Shown here piece by piece: positions 1-9,255 of a stretch of 52,094 nucleotides of DNA; positions within the stretch are counted from its first letter, which is position 1, and every line of letters begins with the position of its first letter. The notes under the pieces were generated by a model that worked only from the letters and a program-made list of their open reading frames with translations, was not told the origin of the DNA and made no database searches. This stretch comes from Minisyncoccota bacterium (GTDB lineage: Bacteria > Patescibacteriota > Minisyncoccia > JAHIHE01 > JAGLIN01), in assembly GCA_023142995.1 (NCBI GenBank), contig JAGLIM010000028.1, forward strand, positions 1-52,094, given 5' to 3'. The translations under genes and the position numbers were made by a program.

Positions 1-256
1 AAATATAAAAATGAAAAAAAAGTCTGAAACTAAATATAAACTGAACGACAGACAGGTTTATCTTTTGCAATATTTATATGGCGCTCCAGATGAAAGGACA
101 ACTTTAAAAATGCATATGAATGTATATCAAGTGGCAAAAATGACGGCTAGTAAAGACTTGAAAGAATTGGCAAGAAAAGGATTTCTGAAACCTTTGAAAA
201 AGGGGAGAAATGTTTATTATTACGGAACGAATAAAGTTAAAGGGTTGTTTGAGTAA
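1..256 (+). CDS. C-terminal winged-HTH part of a probable Fic-family protein (5' truncated by window edge)
   Basis: Frame is open to the window start; LNDRQ...TASKDLKELARKGFL...GRNVYY resembles the HTH tails of Fic proteins. Confidence 0.5.
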   Translation, partial: NIKMKKKSETKYKLNDRQVYLLQYLYGAPDERTTLKMHMNVYQVAKMTASKDLKELARKGFLKPLKKGRNVYYYGTNKVKGLFE

Positions 257-281
257 AAATAATTAAAATAATCGTTGGTTC

Positions 282-433
282 CATAATCTGGAAACCCCGA
301 ACCATTAGAAGACGATCTAGAAATCACAAAAAGACTAGTCAGTGGAGGGAAGATATTGGGGATTGAAGTAGTTGATCATATAATTGTGGCAAAGGACAGA
401 TTTATGAGTTTTAAGGAGGAGAATTTGATTTAA
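282..433 (+). pseudogene. radC: RadC (JAB domain) C-terminal remnant
   Basis: 287-433 translates SGNPEPLEDDLEITKRLVSGGKILGIEVVDHIIVAKDRFMSFKEENLI*. The HN of the HNHPSG motif lies out of frame at 282-287 and there is no start codon. Confidence 0.8.
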
Positions 434-440
434 AATATAT

Positions 441-550
441 GAATTTCAATTTATATTTTAAAGTTTGCCTGTTTGATAGGTAAAAGTGAATTCCAATTTT
501 GGAGTTCAGGTTTCAACCCGTAAGAATGTGTTTATAAAATCTAATTTAAA
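441..550. repeat. Family A REPIN-like intergenic repeat, copy 1 (with inserted extra hairpin TTTGCCTGT-TTG-ATAGGTAAA)
   Basis: AAGTGAATTCCAATTTTGGAGTTCAGGTTTCAACCCGTAAGAATGTGTTTATAAAATCTAATTTAA matches copies at 25751 and 28990. Confidence 0.8.
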
Positions 551-555
551 AAAAT

Positions 556-2007
556 ATGTTTGAGCAATCGTTTAAAAATATTGATAATATTCTTCATACT
601 GATTCCGGGTGTGGGACAGAGCTTGATTATGTCGAGCAAACTTCGTGGATTTTGTTTTTAAAATATCTTGATGATTTAGAAGAAACAAAAAAAGTGGAAA
701 ACAAGTTAGCGGGAAAGAAATATAAGTATATTTTGAAATCTGAATTTCAATGGGATAATTGGGCTTGTCCGAAAGTAAAAGATGGGAAATTAGATCATCA
801 CAAAGCGCTTGACGGAGATGATTTAAAAGAATTTGTTAATGACCAATTATTTCCATATCTCAAACAATTTAAAGCCGAAGATCCAAATACGGTTGAATAT
901 AAGATTGGTGAAATTTTTAGTGAATTAAAAAATAGGCTTGATAGTGGATATAAACTTAGAGAAATTTTAAATACGGTTGATGAGATGCATTTTCGCTTGT
1001 ATGAAGAAAAACATGAACTTTCGCATTTATATGAAGCAAAGATTTCTAAAATGGGAAATGCTGGACGGAACGGCGGTGAATATTATACTCCGCGTCCACT
1101 GATTAGAACGATTGTAAAAGTTGTTGATCCGAAAATCGGGGAAACAATTTATGATGGAGCGTGCGGAAGCGCAGGATTTTTGGTTGAAGCGTATAATTAT
1201 CTTACGCAAGATCAAGCGAAGCTTTCCTCAAGTCAAATGACAATATTGCAAGATAAAACTTTTTATGGAAAGGAAATAAAATCTCTTGCCTATATCATTG
1301 GAATTATGAATATGATCTTGCATGGGATTGAAGCGCCGAATATTCGGCATATGAATACGCTTGCTGAAAATATAAATGATTTTCAGGAAAAAGATCGTTA
1401 TGATATAATTTTAGCAAATCCGCCTTTTGGGGCTGGGATTGGGCGAGAGATTCAACAAAACTTTCCAATCAAAACAGGAGAAACCGCATTTTTATTTCTC
1501 CAGCATTTCATTAAAATTCTTAAAGCAGGTGGTAGGGCTGGCATTGTTATCAAAAACACTTTTCTTTCCAACACTGACAACGCTTCAGTAAGTCTCCGTA
1601 AACTGCTTCTGGAAAATTGTAATTTGCACACAGTTCTTGATTTGCCTGGCGGAACTTTTACGGGTGCGGGAGTAAAAACAGTAATTTTATTTTTTGAAAA
1701 GGGAGTGCCAACTAAAAAAGTTTGGTTTTATCAACTTAATCTTGATCGCAATCTTGGAAAAACAAATGCTTTGAATGAAAAAGATTTAGCGGAATTTGTG
1801 GAATTGCAAAAAGATGAAAAAGATTCTGAAAATTCTTGGAGCGTTGATGTGTCCGGTATAGACCAAAGTACCTTTGATTTATCAGTAAAAAATCCGAATA
1901 AAAATGACGAAGTGATTTTACGAGAGCCGAAAAAGATTTTAGAAGAGATGAGAGAGTTAGACAAGGAGAGTGAAGGGATATTAAAAGAAATAAATAAACA
2001 AATTTAA
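556..2007 (+). CDS. hsdM: Type I restriction-modification methyltransferase subunit M
   Basis: GEYYTPR, ACGSAGFL (SAM binding) and NPPF catalytic motif; HsdM N-terminal helical region. Confidence 0.95.
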   Translation: MFEQSFKNIDNILHTDSGCGTELDYVEQTSWILFLKYLDDLEETKKVENKLAGKKYKYILKSEFQWDNWACPKVKDGKLDHHKALDGDDLKEFVNDQLFPYLKQFKAEDPNTVEYKIGEIFSELKNRLDSGYKLREILNTVDEMHFRLYEEKHELSHLYEAKISKMGNAGRNGGEYYTPRPLIRTIVKVVDPKIGETIYDGACGSAGFLVEAYNYLTQDQAKLSSSQMTILQDKTFYGKEIKSLAYIIGIMNMILHGIEAPNIRHMNTLAENINDFQEKDRYDIILANPPFGAGIGREIQQNFPIKTGETAFLFLQHFIKILKAGGRAGIVIKNTFLSNTDNASVSLRKLLLENCNLHTVLDLPGGTFTGAGVKTVILFFEKGVPTKKVWFYQLNLDRNLGKTNALNEKDLAEFVELQKDEKDSENSWSVDVSGIDQSTFDLSVKNPNKNDEVILREPKKILEEMRELDKESEGILKEINKQI

Positions 2008-2098
2008 AGATTTATTAACACATAGATGAACAGTTGAAAACAATAAAAACAATCAATAAATATCTAACATAAGCAAAAAACTAAGGCTTTAAAATTCA

Positions 2099-2152
2099 GT
2101 GTTAAGCGGACTTGACAATAAACCTATGTTTGCTGTATACTACACTTAACAG
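2099..2152 (+). promoter_or_regulatory. Sigma70-like promoter flanked by an inverted repeat
   Basis: TTGACA (2112) - 18 nt - TATACT (2136); GTGTTAAG / CTTAACAG arms on either side. Confidence 0.5.
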
Positions 2153-2165
2153 TAAGATATAGATT

Positions 2166-3605
2166 ATGACATCAAAAACAGAAAAAATAAAAGAGTATCT
2201 TAATGATCAAATGGCTCAAGTTGATTTTCGCGCTAGGGCGTATGTTTTTGATAGTGGGAATAATAAGAGACCAAACAGAAATATTTTTGTAAAAATCCGT
2301 TCCCATTTTCAGAAATTTTTAGATGGCAATGCTTCGTATCGCTGGCTAACGCTTACAGGGCTTCGCGGCGCCGGAAAAACAACTCTTCTGTATCAGTTGT
2401 ACTATGACAAAAAAAATATTGATGCGTATTTTCTTGTCTTGTCTGTTGATGAAATTGTTCAAACGCTTAATAGTAATATATATGAAGTCATTGGAATTTT
2501 TGAAGAATTGATTGGCAAGCCAATAACAAATCTTGATAAGCCACTTTTTCTTTTTTTAGATGAAGTGCAATATGATAAAAAATGGGGGGTGGCACTCAAG
2601 ACAATTTATGATCGTTCACAGAATGTATTTATTTTTTCTACAGGATCAGCGGCAGTTCTGATGAATACGAATGCCGATGTTGCCCGTCGTTCAATTTTTG
2701 AAAAAGTGTATCCATTAAGTTTTACGGAATATATAAAAATTAAAAATGACAAATATGAAATAAAGGGACTTTCAATAAAATTGCGAGATATTATTTTAAA
2801 TAGCCAAAACGCTATTGATGTTTTTCATAAATTACAGAAAGAAGAGCAAAGTATCGCTGATTATTATTTTGGAATTGGCAGATTAGATTTTATTAATTAT
2901 TTATATTATGGCTCTCTTCCGTTTATGATTGCTTTGAAAAATGAATCGCTTATCTATGATCAGATTGGTAAATCTTTAGAAAGAGCGGTGAATAAAGACA
3001 TACCGCAGGTAGAAGGGTTTTCCATTGATATTATAAATAAAATTCCGGCAATTTTATACGCGATAGCGGATATGGATGCTTTGAATTTTACCACGATTGC
3101 ACGTCGTTTTGGAATTTCAAGACCAAAAGTCGCGGAAATTTTTTCTGCTCTTGAAAAAACAGAAATTCTTCATCGTATTTATCCGTATGGTTCGCACTTT
3201 ACGCAAGTAACAAATAAACCGTCAAAATATCTTTTTTCTTCACCGGCATTTCGTGCTATGTATTATAAGACAATTGGAAGTATAATATCAGAGGAAAACG
3301 CGAAAGGTAAATTGCTTGAAGATTTGGTTGGAATGTATCTTTATCGCTTGCTTGATAAAAGGCTTGGAACTTCGTTGACTTACGACAGCGCAAAAGGCGG
3401 GGCGGATTTTGTTGTTCAGAGCGGAGATCGCAAGATAGTCATTGAGGTTGGTGTAAATAAAAAAATATATCGACAAGTCGCGCAAACGGCAAAAAAAGTA
3501 AATGCTTCTTATAGTATTATTATTTCAGAAAAAGCTGAATCAATGGAATACAACGAAGAAATAAACGCAATAAAAATACCATTAAAATATTTTTTATTGA
3601 TGTAG
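2166..3605 (+). CDS. AAA+ ATPase (AAA_14) with C-terminal DUF4143/PD-(D/E)XK-like domain
   Basis: Walker A GLRGAGKTT, Walker B LFLDEVQ, TGS sensor, YGSLP, C-terminal ADFVV...IEVG. Confidence 0.85.
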   Translation: MTSKTEKIKEYLNDQMAQVDFRARAYVFDSGNNKRPNRNIFVKIRSHFQKFLDGNASYRWLTLTGLRGAGKTTLLYQLYYDKKNIDAYFLVLSVDEIVQTLNSNIYEVIGIFEELIGKPITNLDKPLFLFLDEVQYDKKWGVALKTIYDRSQNVFIFSTGSAAVLMNTNADVARRSIFEKVYPLSFTEYIKIKNDKYEIKGLSIKLRDIILNSQNAIDVFHKLQKEEQSIADYYFGIGRLDFINYLYYGSLPFMIALKNESLIYDQIGKSLERAVNKDIPQVEGFSIDIINKIPAILYAIADMDALNFTTIARRFGISRPKVAEIFSALEKTEILHRIYPYGSHFTQVTNKPSKYLFSSPAFRAMYYKTIGSIISEENAKGKLLEDLVGMYLYRLLDKRLGTSLTYDSAKGGADFVVQSGDRKIVIEVGVNKKIYRQVAQTAKKVNASYSIIISEKAESMEYNEEINAIKIPLKYFLLM

Positions 3606-3668
3606 AAAATTTATTAAAAAAATATATGAACGAACTCATAAACATCAAAGTAATTCAAGATAAAATAT

Positions 3669-4493
3669 ATGAAAAAAGAAAAAATTGAAATCAAAAATAA
3701 ACTTATCACTGTAAGTTTATCAAAAAATGAGAATGATTATTTTTCTCTTACGGATATGGCTAAATTTAAAGGTCAAGATACAGGACTAATTATTTCTCAT
3801 TGGCTTACTACTAAATACACCATCCAATTTATGGGAATTTGGGAACAAATGCACAATAAAAATTTTAATGTTACGGAATTCCGTAACATTAAAAATGAGG
3901 TTGGAACTAATGGATTCGTCGTTTCTTCTTCTATGTGGATAAAAAGAACAAATGCGATAGGGGTGCGATCATCCGCTGGTAGATACGGTGGCGGGACTTT
4001 TGCTCATAAAGATATTGCCTTTGAATTTGCGACATGGATTTCGCCTGAATTTAAGTTGTATTTGATTAAAGAATTCCAGCGATTAAAAATAGAAGAGAAT
4101 AAAAAGTTGTCTTTGGAATGGAATTTAAAAAGGACTTTATCAAAAGTAAATTATAAAATACATACAGACGCTATTAAAGAAAATATTATTCCAAAAGTAA
4201 TTTCTAAAAAACAAGCTAAAATTATTTATGCGTCAGAAGCGGATATTTTGAATGTGGCTTTGTTTAATAGGACGGCAAAAGAATGGAGAAACGAAAATTC
4301 CGGTAAAAAAGGAAATATTAGGGATTACGCAAATATTACTCAATTGGTTTGCTTGTCAAATCTGGAAACTCTTAACGCAGAATTTATTCGCAGTGGCTTT
4401 GAGCAACAAGAGAGGTTGAAAAAACTTAATGAGATTGCTATTATTCAAATGAGGTCACTGGTTGGCAACAAGAGTATTAAGAAATTGAAATAG
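3669..4493 (+). CDS. KilA-N domain DNA-binding protein
   Basis: DYFSLTDMAK, GRYGGGTFAHKDIAFEFATWISPEFKLYLIKEFQRLK signature. Confidence 0.9.
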   Translation: MKKEKIEIKNKLITVSLSKNENDYFSLTDMAKFKGQDTGLIISHWLTTKYTIQFMGIWEQMHNKNFNVTEFRNIKNEVGTNGFVVSSSMWIKRTNAIGVRSSAGRYGGGTFAHKDIAFEFATWISPEFKLYLIKEFQRLKIEENKKLSLEWNLKRTLSKVNYKIHTDAIKENIIPKVISKKQAKIIYASEADILNVALFNRTAKEWRNENSGKKGNIRDYANITQLVCLSNLETLNAEFIRSGFEQQERLKKLNEIAIIQMRSLVGNKSIKKLK

Positions 4494-4526
4494 TTATTTG
4501 GTTAGTTGAAAATACGATTTTATGGA

Positions 4527-4702
4527 AGATTTGGATTATTTTATATCCATTCCCAGTTCTGGGAATGGACAAAAAGCCAAATCTAAAGGAATAATCATTG
4601 ACGCGCGGGAACTGTTTTGTAAACAGTTTCTGATGTTTCCCAAGCAAATAGAATTATTGTATCTTCAAAATAAATGAAACTGATTACAAACCAGTTTCTG
4701 CG
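4527..4702. repeat. Cluster of REP-like hairpins
   Basis: AGATTTGG...TCCATTCCCA-GTTC-TGGGAATGGA...CCAAATCT (4527-4584) and two GGGAACTG...CAGTTTC hairpins (4605-4632, 4676-4702); a related copy lies at 30086-30111. Confidence 0.6.
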
Positions 4703-4807
4703 ATAGATAATTGATTTTTTTATTTAAAAATAGTAAAATAATGGTAAGAATAAGAAGTAAATTTAAATTATTATAACAAGTTACATATATTATTTTAAAA
4801 ATAAAAT

Positions 4808-6049
4808 ATGCCAAAAACAAAAAAAATAAAAGTTCTCGATTTATTTGCTGGTGCCGGAGGATTTTCTGAGGGTTTTGTTAACGCAGGCTGTAATATGGTT
4901 GCTCATATTGAAATGAACAAAGATGCTTGTGAAACTATTAGAACAAGAACGATTTATCACTCTTTAAAAAAGATTGGGAGACTTAGCGAATATAAAAAGT
5001 ATATGTTGGGTGAAATTGACAGAGATGAAATAGTGGAAAAGTACAATTTACAAAATGAAATTGATTCGGTTATTAATGCTGAAATAAAAAAAGATAACTA
5101 CAAAGAATTAATTAATCAAGTTAGGAAAAAAATAGGAAAAGAAAAAATGGATATTATAATCGGTGGACCACCTTGTCAAGCTTTTTCAATAATTGGAAGA
5201 TCAAGAGATAAAAACAATATGAGATGGGATAAGAGAAATACTTTGTATAAGTATTATATTGAATTTTTAAAAGAGTTTAAGCCTAAAATTTTTGTGTTTG
5301 AAAATGTTCCTGGATTACTGTCTGCTGCAAAAAGTCGTCATTTCAATACTATGAAGAGAATGATGAGAAAAGAAGGATACGAAATTGGTTATAAAATAAT
5401 AAATGCTGCAGAATATGGAGTGCCACAAAGAAGAAGGAGAGTGATATTAATTGGATGGAATGAATATTCAAAATTAATTAAATATCCAGAATTTAAAAAA
5501 GTAGAAAGAAAATATAATGTTGGTGATTTCTTAATAAATCTTCCTGAGCTGAAAGCGGGTCAGAAAGTTGATGCTGTTGAATATAATGAAGAATCTGATG
5601 TTGTAAAAAGTTTAAAGATTTGTAATCCAGAAGTGAATGTTCTTGAGTCTCATATTGCGAGACCAAACACTGATCAAGATTTGAACATCTATAAAAAGGC
5701 AGTATTAATTAAAAAGAGAGGAATAAATCTAAACTATAATGATTTACCAGAAAAACTTAAAACTCATAAGAACCGAAAGGGGTTTTTAGATCGGTTTAAA
5801 GTGGTGGATTTTGAATCTTCTGCCTGTCAAACTGTTGTAGCTCATATATCCAAAGATGGACATTATTATATTCATCCGGATATAAAACAAAATAGATCAT
5901 TAAGTGTTCGTGAAGCAGCGAGACTTCAAACCTTTTCAGATGATTACAAATTTGAAGGAAGTAGAACTGCACAGTTTAAACAAATCGGAAATGCAGTACC
6001 ATTAATGCTTTCAAACTTGATAGCTCCAAAATTAATAAAATATGTTTAA
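4808..6049 (+). CDS. dcm: DNA (cytosine-5)-methyltransferase
   Basis: Motifs I DLFAGAGG, IV GGPPCQ, VI ENV, VIII QRRRR, IX LSVREAARLQTF and X QIGNAVP. Confidence 0.97.
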   Translation: MPKTKKIKVLDLFAGAGGFSEGFVNAGCNMVAHIEMNKDACETIRTRTIYHSLKKIGRLSEYKKYMLGEIDRDEIVEKYNLQNEIDSVINAEIKKDNYKELINQVRKKIGKEKMDIIIGGPPCQAFSIIGRSRDKNNMRWDKRNTLYKYYIEFLKEFKPKIFVFENVPGLLSAAKSRHFNTMKRMMRKEGYEIGYKIINAAEYGVPQRRRRVILIGWNEYSKLIKYPEFKKVERKYNVGDFLINLPELKAGQKVDAVEYNEESDVVKSLKICNPEVNVLESHIARPNTDQDLNIYKKAVLIKKRGINLNYNDLPEKLKTHKNRKGFLDRFKVVDFESSACQTVVAHISKDGHYYIHPDIKQNRSLSVREAARLQTFSDDYKFEGSRTAQFKQIGNAVPLMLSNLIAPKLIKYV

Positions 6050-6059
6050 CATTTGAAAT

Positions 6060-8051
6060 ATGAAATCAGGAAAACAAATTTTTAGACCAAAGGCAAGAAT
6101 TATTAAATCATTGGGTGATGAACTTATAGGTAATGAGTATGTTGCGATAAATGAGCTTGTAAAAAATTCTTATGATGCAAAAGCAACATCCGTTCTTATT
6201 GAATTATCTAAAGATAAAATAGTAATTAGTGATGATGGAGAAGGAATGACTTCGGAACAACTTAAAAAAGGTTGGTTTGAACCAGCAACAAATATAAAAG
6301 TTGGGAAAAAAGGGCTATTAGGAGAAAAAGGAATCGGTAGATTTGCAACCGTTAAATTAGCTAAAAAGTTGAATTTAAAAACCAAAGCGAAAGGACATAA
6401 TTGCATTGTTAGTAATTTTGACTGGGAAATTTTTAATGAAGACAAAAACACTTATCTTGATGAGATAAAGATTGACTGGGAAGAAAAAAAATGTGATGGC
6501 TTAGCTAGTCATGGCACAATATTAACTCTTTCTGATCTTGATGTTAATTGGTTAGATGAGAACAGAAAAAAAGAATTGAAAGTATTTCTTAGCAGAATGA
6601 TTAATCCATTTGATGAAGTGAAGGATTTTAAAGTTGAATTAAAGATTGGAAAAGATATTTTTGATATTGCTCCAAGTGAAGTTTTAAATCATCCTCATTA
6701 TGAGATAAAAGGTCAGTTTTTTGATAATAAAATAGAATTTGCTTATAAAGGATTAAAAATAAAAGAAAATGTAATAAAAGATATTAAGAATCCAAAATTA
6801 TTGTCATGCGGATTTTTTAAATTTATTTTTAGAATTTGGGATAGAGATGTAGAAGATATGAAAGAGCTATCTGAAAAATTAAAAATCAAAAGAAGCGATA
6901 TTAAAAAAGACCTTGATGAAGCGATGGGGATGAGCATATATCGTGATAAATTTAGAGTGCTTCCTTATGGAGAATTAAATAATGATTGGCTTAAATTAGG
7001 ACATAGAAGAGCTCAAAATATAACTATGTGTATAGACAATAATCAAATAGTTGGTTACATAAGTATAACAAAAGAAGGAAATAAAGAATTAAAAGATAAA
7101 ACTAGCAGAGATGGACTACAAGAAAATACAGCATATGATATTTTTAAAGAAAATATAAAACAAATTCTTAAAGAAATTGAAGCAAGAAGATATATAGAAA
7201 GAAAACCAAAAAGAGAAGAAATTAAAGCAAGGTCATCTCGTCAATTTATAAAAGAATTTAATTTAGATGATGTCAGTAAATATGCAAAAGAAAAATATCC
7301 AGAAGATAAAGTATTAGTCAAGAAAATAGACAAAAAAGAAACTGAAATTATTGAACAGGGGAAAAAATTCCAAAAATTAATTTTAAGATATAGAAGGTTA
7401 TCTACTCTGGGACAGTTACTGGAAGATGTTATTCACGAGATTAATGGTTCATTCGCAGGATTATCTACAAATATTGGAATTATAGAAAATTATTCAAAAG
7501 ATAATAAAAAGATTTTAGCTTGCACTTTAGCTATAAGAGAAAGCCAGAAAAATATAAATCAATTTGTCAATAGGTTAAAGCCATTTGCCGAAAGAAACAG
7601 AGGGTCAAAAAAAATGATAAGTATAGTTAACGAGATTAAAAACATAATAGCAATAAAAAAAGCGGAAATAGATAAAAATAAAATAAAAGTTAAGTTGCCT
7701 GTTAATGATGTGAAACTTTCTATGAGAACACTTGATTTATTTTCAATTATATCAAATTTAATAGATAATAGTATTTATTGGCTGAAAGAAAATAATAGCG
7801 AGAAAGATAGACAAATAATAATTAAACTCAAAGAAGATTCTGGTCAAACAATAATAACTTTTTGTGACAATGGTCCAAATGTTCCCGTTGAATATAGAGA
7901 AAGTATATTTGATCCATATTTTAGTTTAAAAAAAGATGGAACTGGACTAGGTCTTTCTATTATTGGAGAAATAGTTTCTGAATATGGAGGAAAATTTGAT
8001 TTTATTGAGGATAATGAATATCAGGGTGCTGCATTTAGGATTACTTTATAA
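6060..8051 (+). CDS. Cytoplasmic MORC/GHKL ATPase fused to a C-terminal histidine kinase
   Basis: N-terminal ELVKNSYDA, DDGEGM, GEKGIGRFA, HGT and S5-like YRDKFRVLPYG; C-terminal H-box IHEI, NLIDNS, DNGP, IFDPYFS and GTGLGL; no TM segment. Confidence 0.9.
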   Translation: MKSGKQIFRPKARIIKSLGDELIGNEYVAINELVKNSYDAKATSVLIELSKDKIVISDDGEGMTSEQLKKGWFEPATNIKVGKKGLLGEKGIGRFATVKLAKKLNLKTKAKGHNCIVSNFDWEIFNEDKNTYLDEIKIDWEEKKCDGLASHGTILTLSDLDVNWLDENRKKELKVFLSRMINPFDEVKDFKVELKIGKDIFDIAPSEVLNHPHYEIKGQFFDNKIEFAYKGLKIKENVIKDIKNPKLLSCGFFKFIFRIWDRDVEDMKELSEKLKIKRSDIKKDLDEAMGMSIYRDKFRVLPYGELNNDWLKLGHRRAQNITMCIDNNQIVGYISITKEGNKELKDKTSRDGLQENTAYDIFKENIKQILKEIEARRYIERKPKREEIKARSSRQFIKEFNLDDVSKYAKEKYPEDKVLVKKIDKKETEIIEQGKKFQKLILRYRRLSTLGQLLEDVIHEINGSFAGLSTNIGIIENYSKDNKKILACTLAIRESQKNINQFVNRLKPFAERNRGSKKMISIVNEIKNIIAIKKAEIDKNKIKVKLPVNDVKLSMRTLDLFSIISNLIDNSIYWLKENNSEKDRQIIIKLKEDSGQTIITFCDNGPNVPVEYRESIFDPYFSLKKDGTGLGLSIIGEIVSEYGGKFDFIEDNEYQGAAFRITL

Positions 8052-8067
8052 ATTAATATTTTGATAT

Positions 8068-9114
8068 ATGCCTATAAAAATTTTATTAATTGATGATAGT
8101 GACGAAATGCTTGAATCTACAAAAGAATTATTTAAAACAAAGGGATACATTTGTAGTATAATAAATAGATTTGATGATGGTTTGAAAGAATTGACTAAGG
8201 ATAATTTTAATATTATTATAACGGACTATAAGGATAGTAAAGGAGATAGCGATGCAGGTAAAAAAGTAATTAATAAACTACAATCAATATATTTCTCCCC
8301 TTTAATAATTTATACAGGATTTATAGGTAGCATTGATGACGAAATAATTAAAAAACAAAATAGTTTTTTTAGAATTGTTGAGAAAGGAGTAGATTCTGAT
8401 AAAGAATTATTAAAAACTGTAGATGATATTTTGAAAAGTAAGGAATATAAAGTGAAAAAAGGGATAGAGGAGGAAATAGAAATAACTTTAAAAAATAATT
8501 TTAGAGAATACTTTTGGGATATTGTTCATAATTATTGGAGTGATTTTGAGAAGATTAACGAAGAAACACTTAGGAATGTATTATTAAGAAAAATATTAAA
8601 TAATATTCATCAAAAATACTTAACAGGAAAAGAAATTAATCCAATTGAGTTTTATGAACATCTTGCTATTGATCATTCAGAAATTCAAACTGGGGTAATT
8701 ATAAAAAAGGATGGAAATTTTTATATTTGCGTAAGTAATGATTGTGATTTATGTAGATGTAATTTAAATGCTCTAATTTTTCTCAAGATTAAAAATTATG
8801 ATGAAATTTTAATAAGTTTAACTGAGAATAGTAAACCTGAAAAAGTTAAACATATTAAAAGTAGATTTTTGAATAACAATCACAATGATTATAGAGAAAA
8901 AAGTTTTATTTTTCCTAAAACATTTTTTTTCTTGGGAGGTATTGCTTATTTTGATGAAATAATTTCATTATTTGAAGTAAAAGAATGTGAAATAATCATT
9001 TCTGATGACATTGAATTTATTGCAAAAGTCAATCAACCATTTTTATCTAGCTTAATTTCTAATTTTTCTAAGTTTTATAATAGAATTGGAACTCCAGATA
9101 TTGATGTGTCTTAA
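8068..9114 (+). CDS. Response-regulator receiver domain protein with uncharacterised C-terminal domain
   Basis: LLIDD (D9, D10), phosphoacceptor D53, T83 and K106; C-terminal CVSNDCDL...YNRIG region is not an HTH. Confidence 0.8.
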   Translation: MPIKILLIDDSDEMLESTKELFKTKGYICSIINRFDDGLKELTKDNFNIIITDYKDSKGDSDAGKKVINKLQSIYFSPLIIYTGFIGSIDDEIIKKQNSFFRIVEKGVDSDKELLKTVDDILKSKEYKVKKGIEEEIEITLKNNFREYFWDIVHNYWSDFEKINEETLRNVLLRKILNNIHQKYLTGKEINPIEFYEHLAIDHSEIQTGVIIKKDGNFYICVSNDCDLCRCNLNALIFLKIKNYDEILISLTENSKPEKVKHIKSRFLNNNHNDYREKSFIFPKTFFFLGGIAYFDEIISLFEVKECEIIISDDIEFIAKVNQPFLSSLISNFSKFYNRIGTPDIDVS

Positions 9115-9255
9115 AACAAAATAAATTACTATTTGTTGTTTTTATAATTTTGTTAGATTTACAGAACTTTTTTTATAGAATGTTATGTTATTAATGAACG
9201 ATAATACTTTTTTCTGAAAGTATTGATTGTAGAATATTATTTTTTTAAAAAATAC

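Noticed and set aside
9223-9255. Upstream near-cognate or earlier starts in the ORF track (9223, 14762, 20316, 27983, 29386, 30762, 39081)
   Set aside because: The extensions are low-complexity or overlap repeats or neighbouring genes; downstream ATGs fit family N-termini and the local A/T-rich start context
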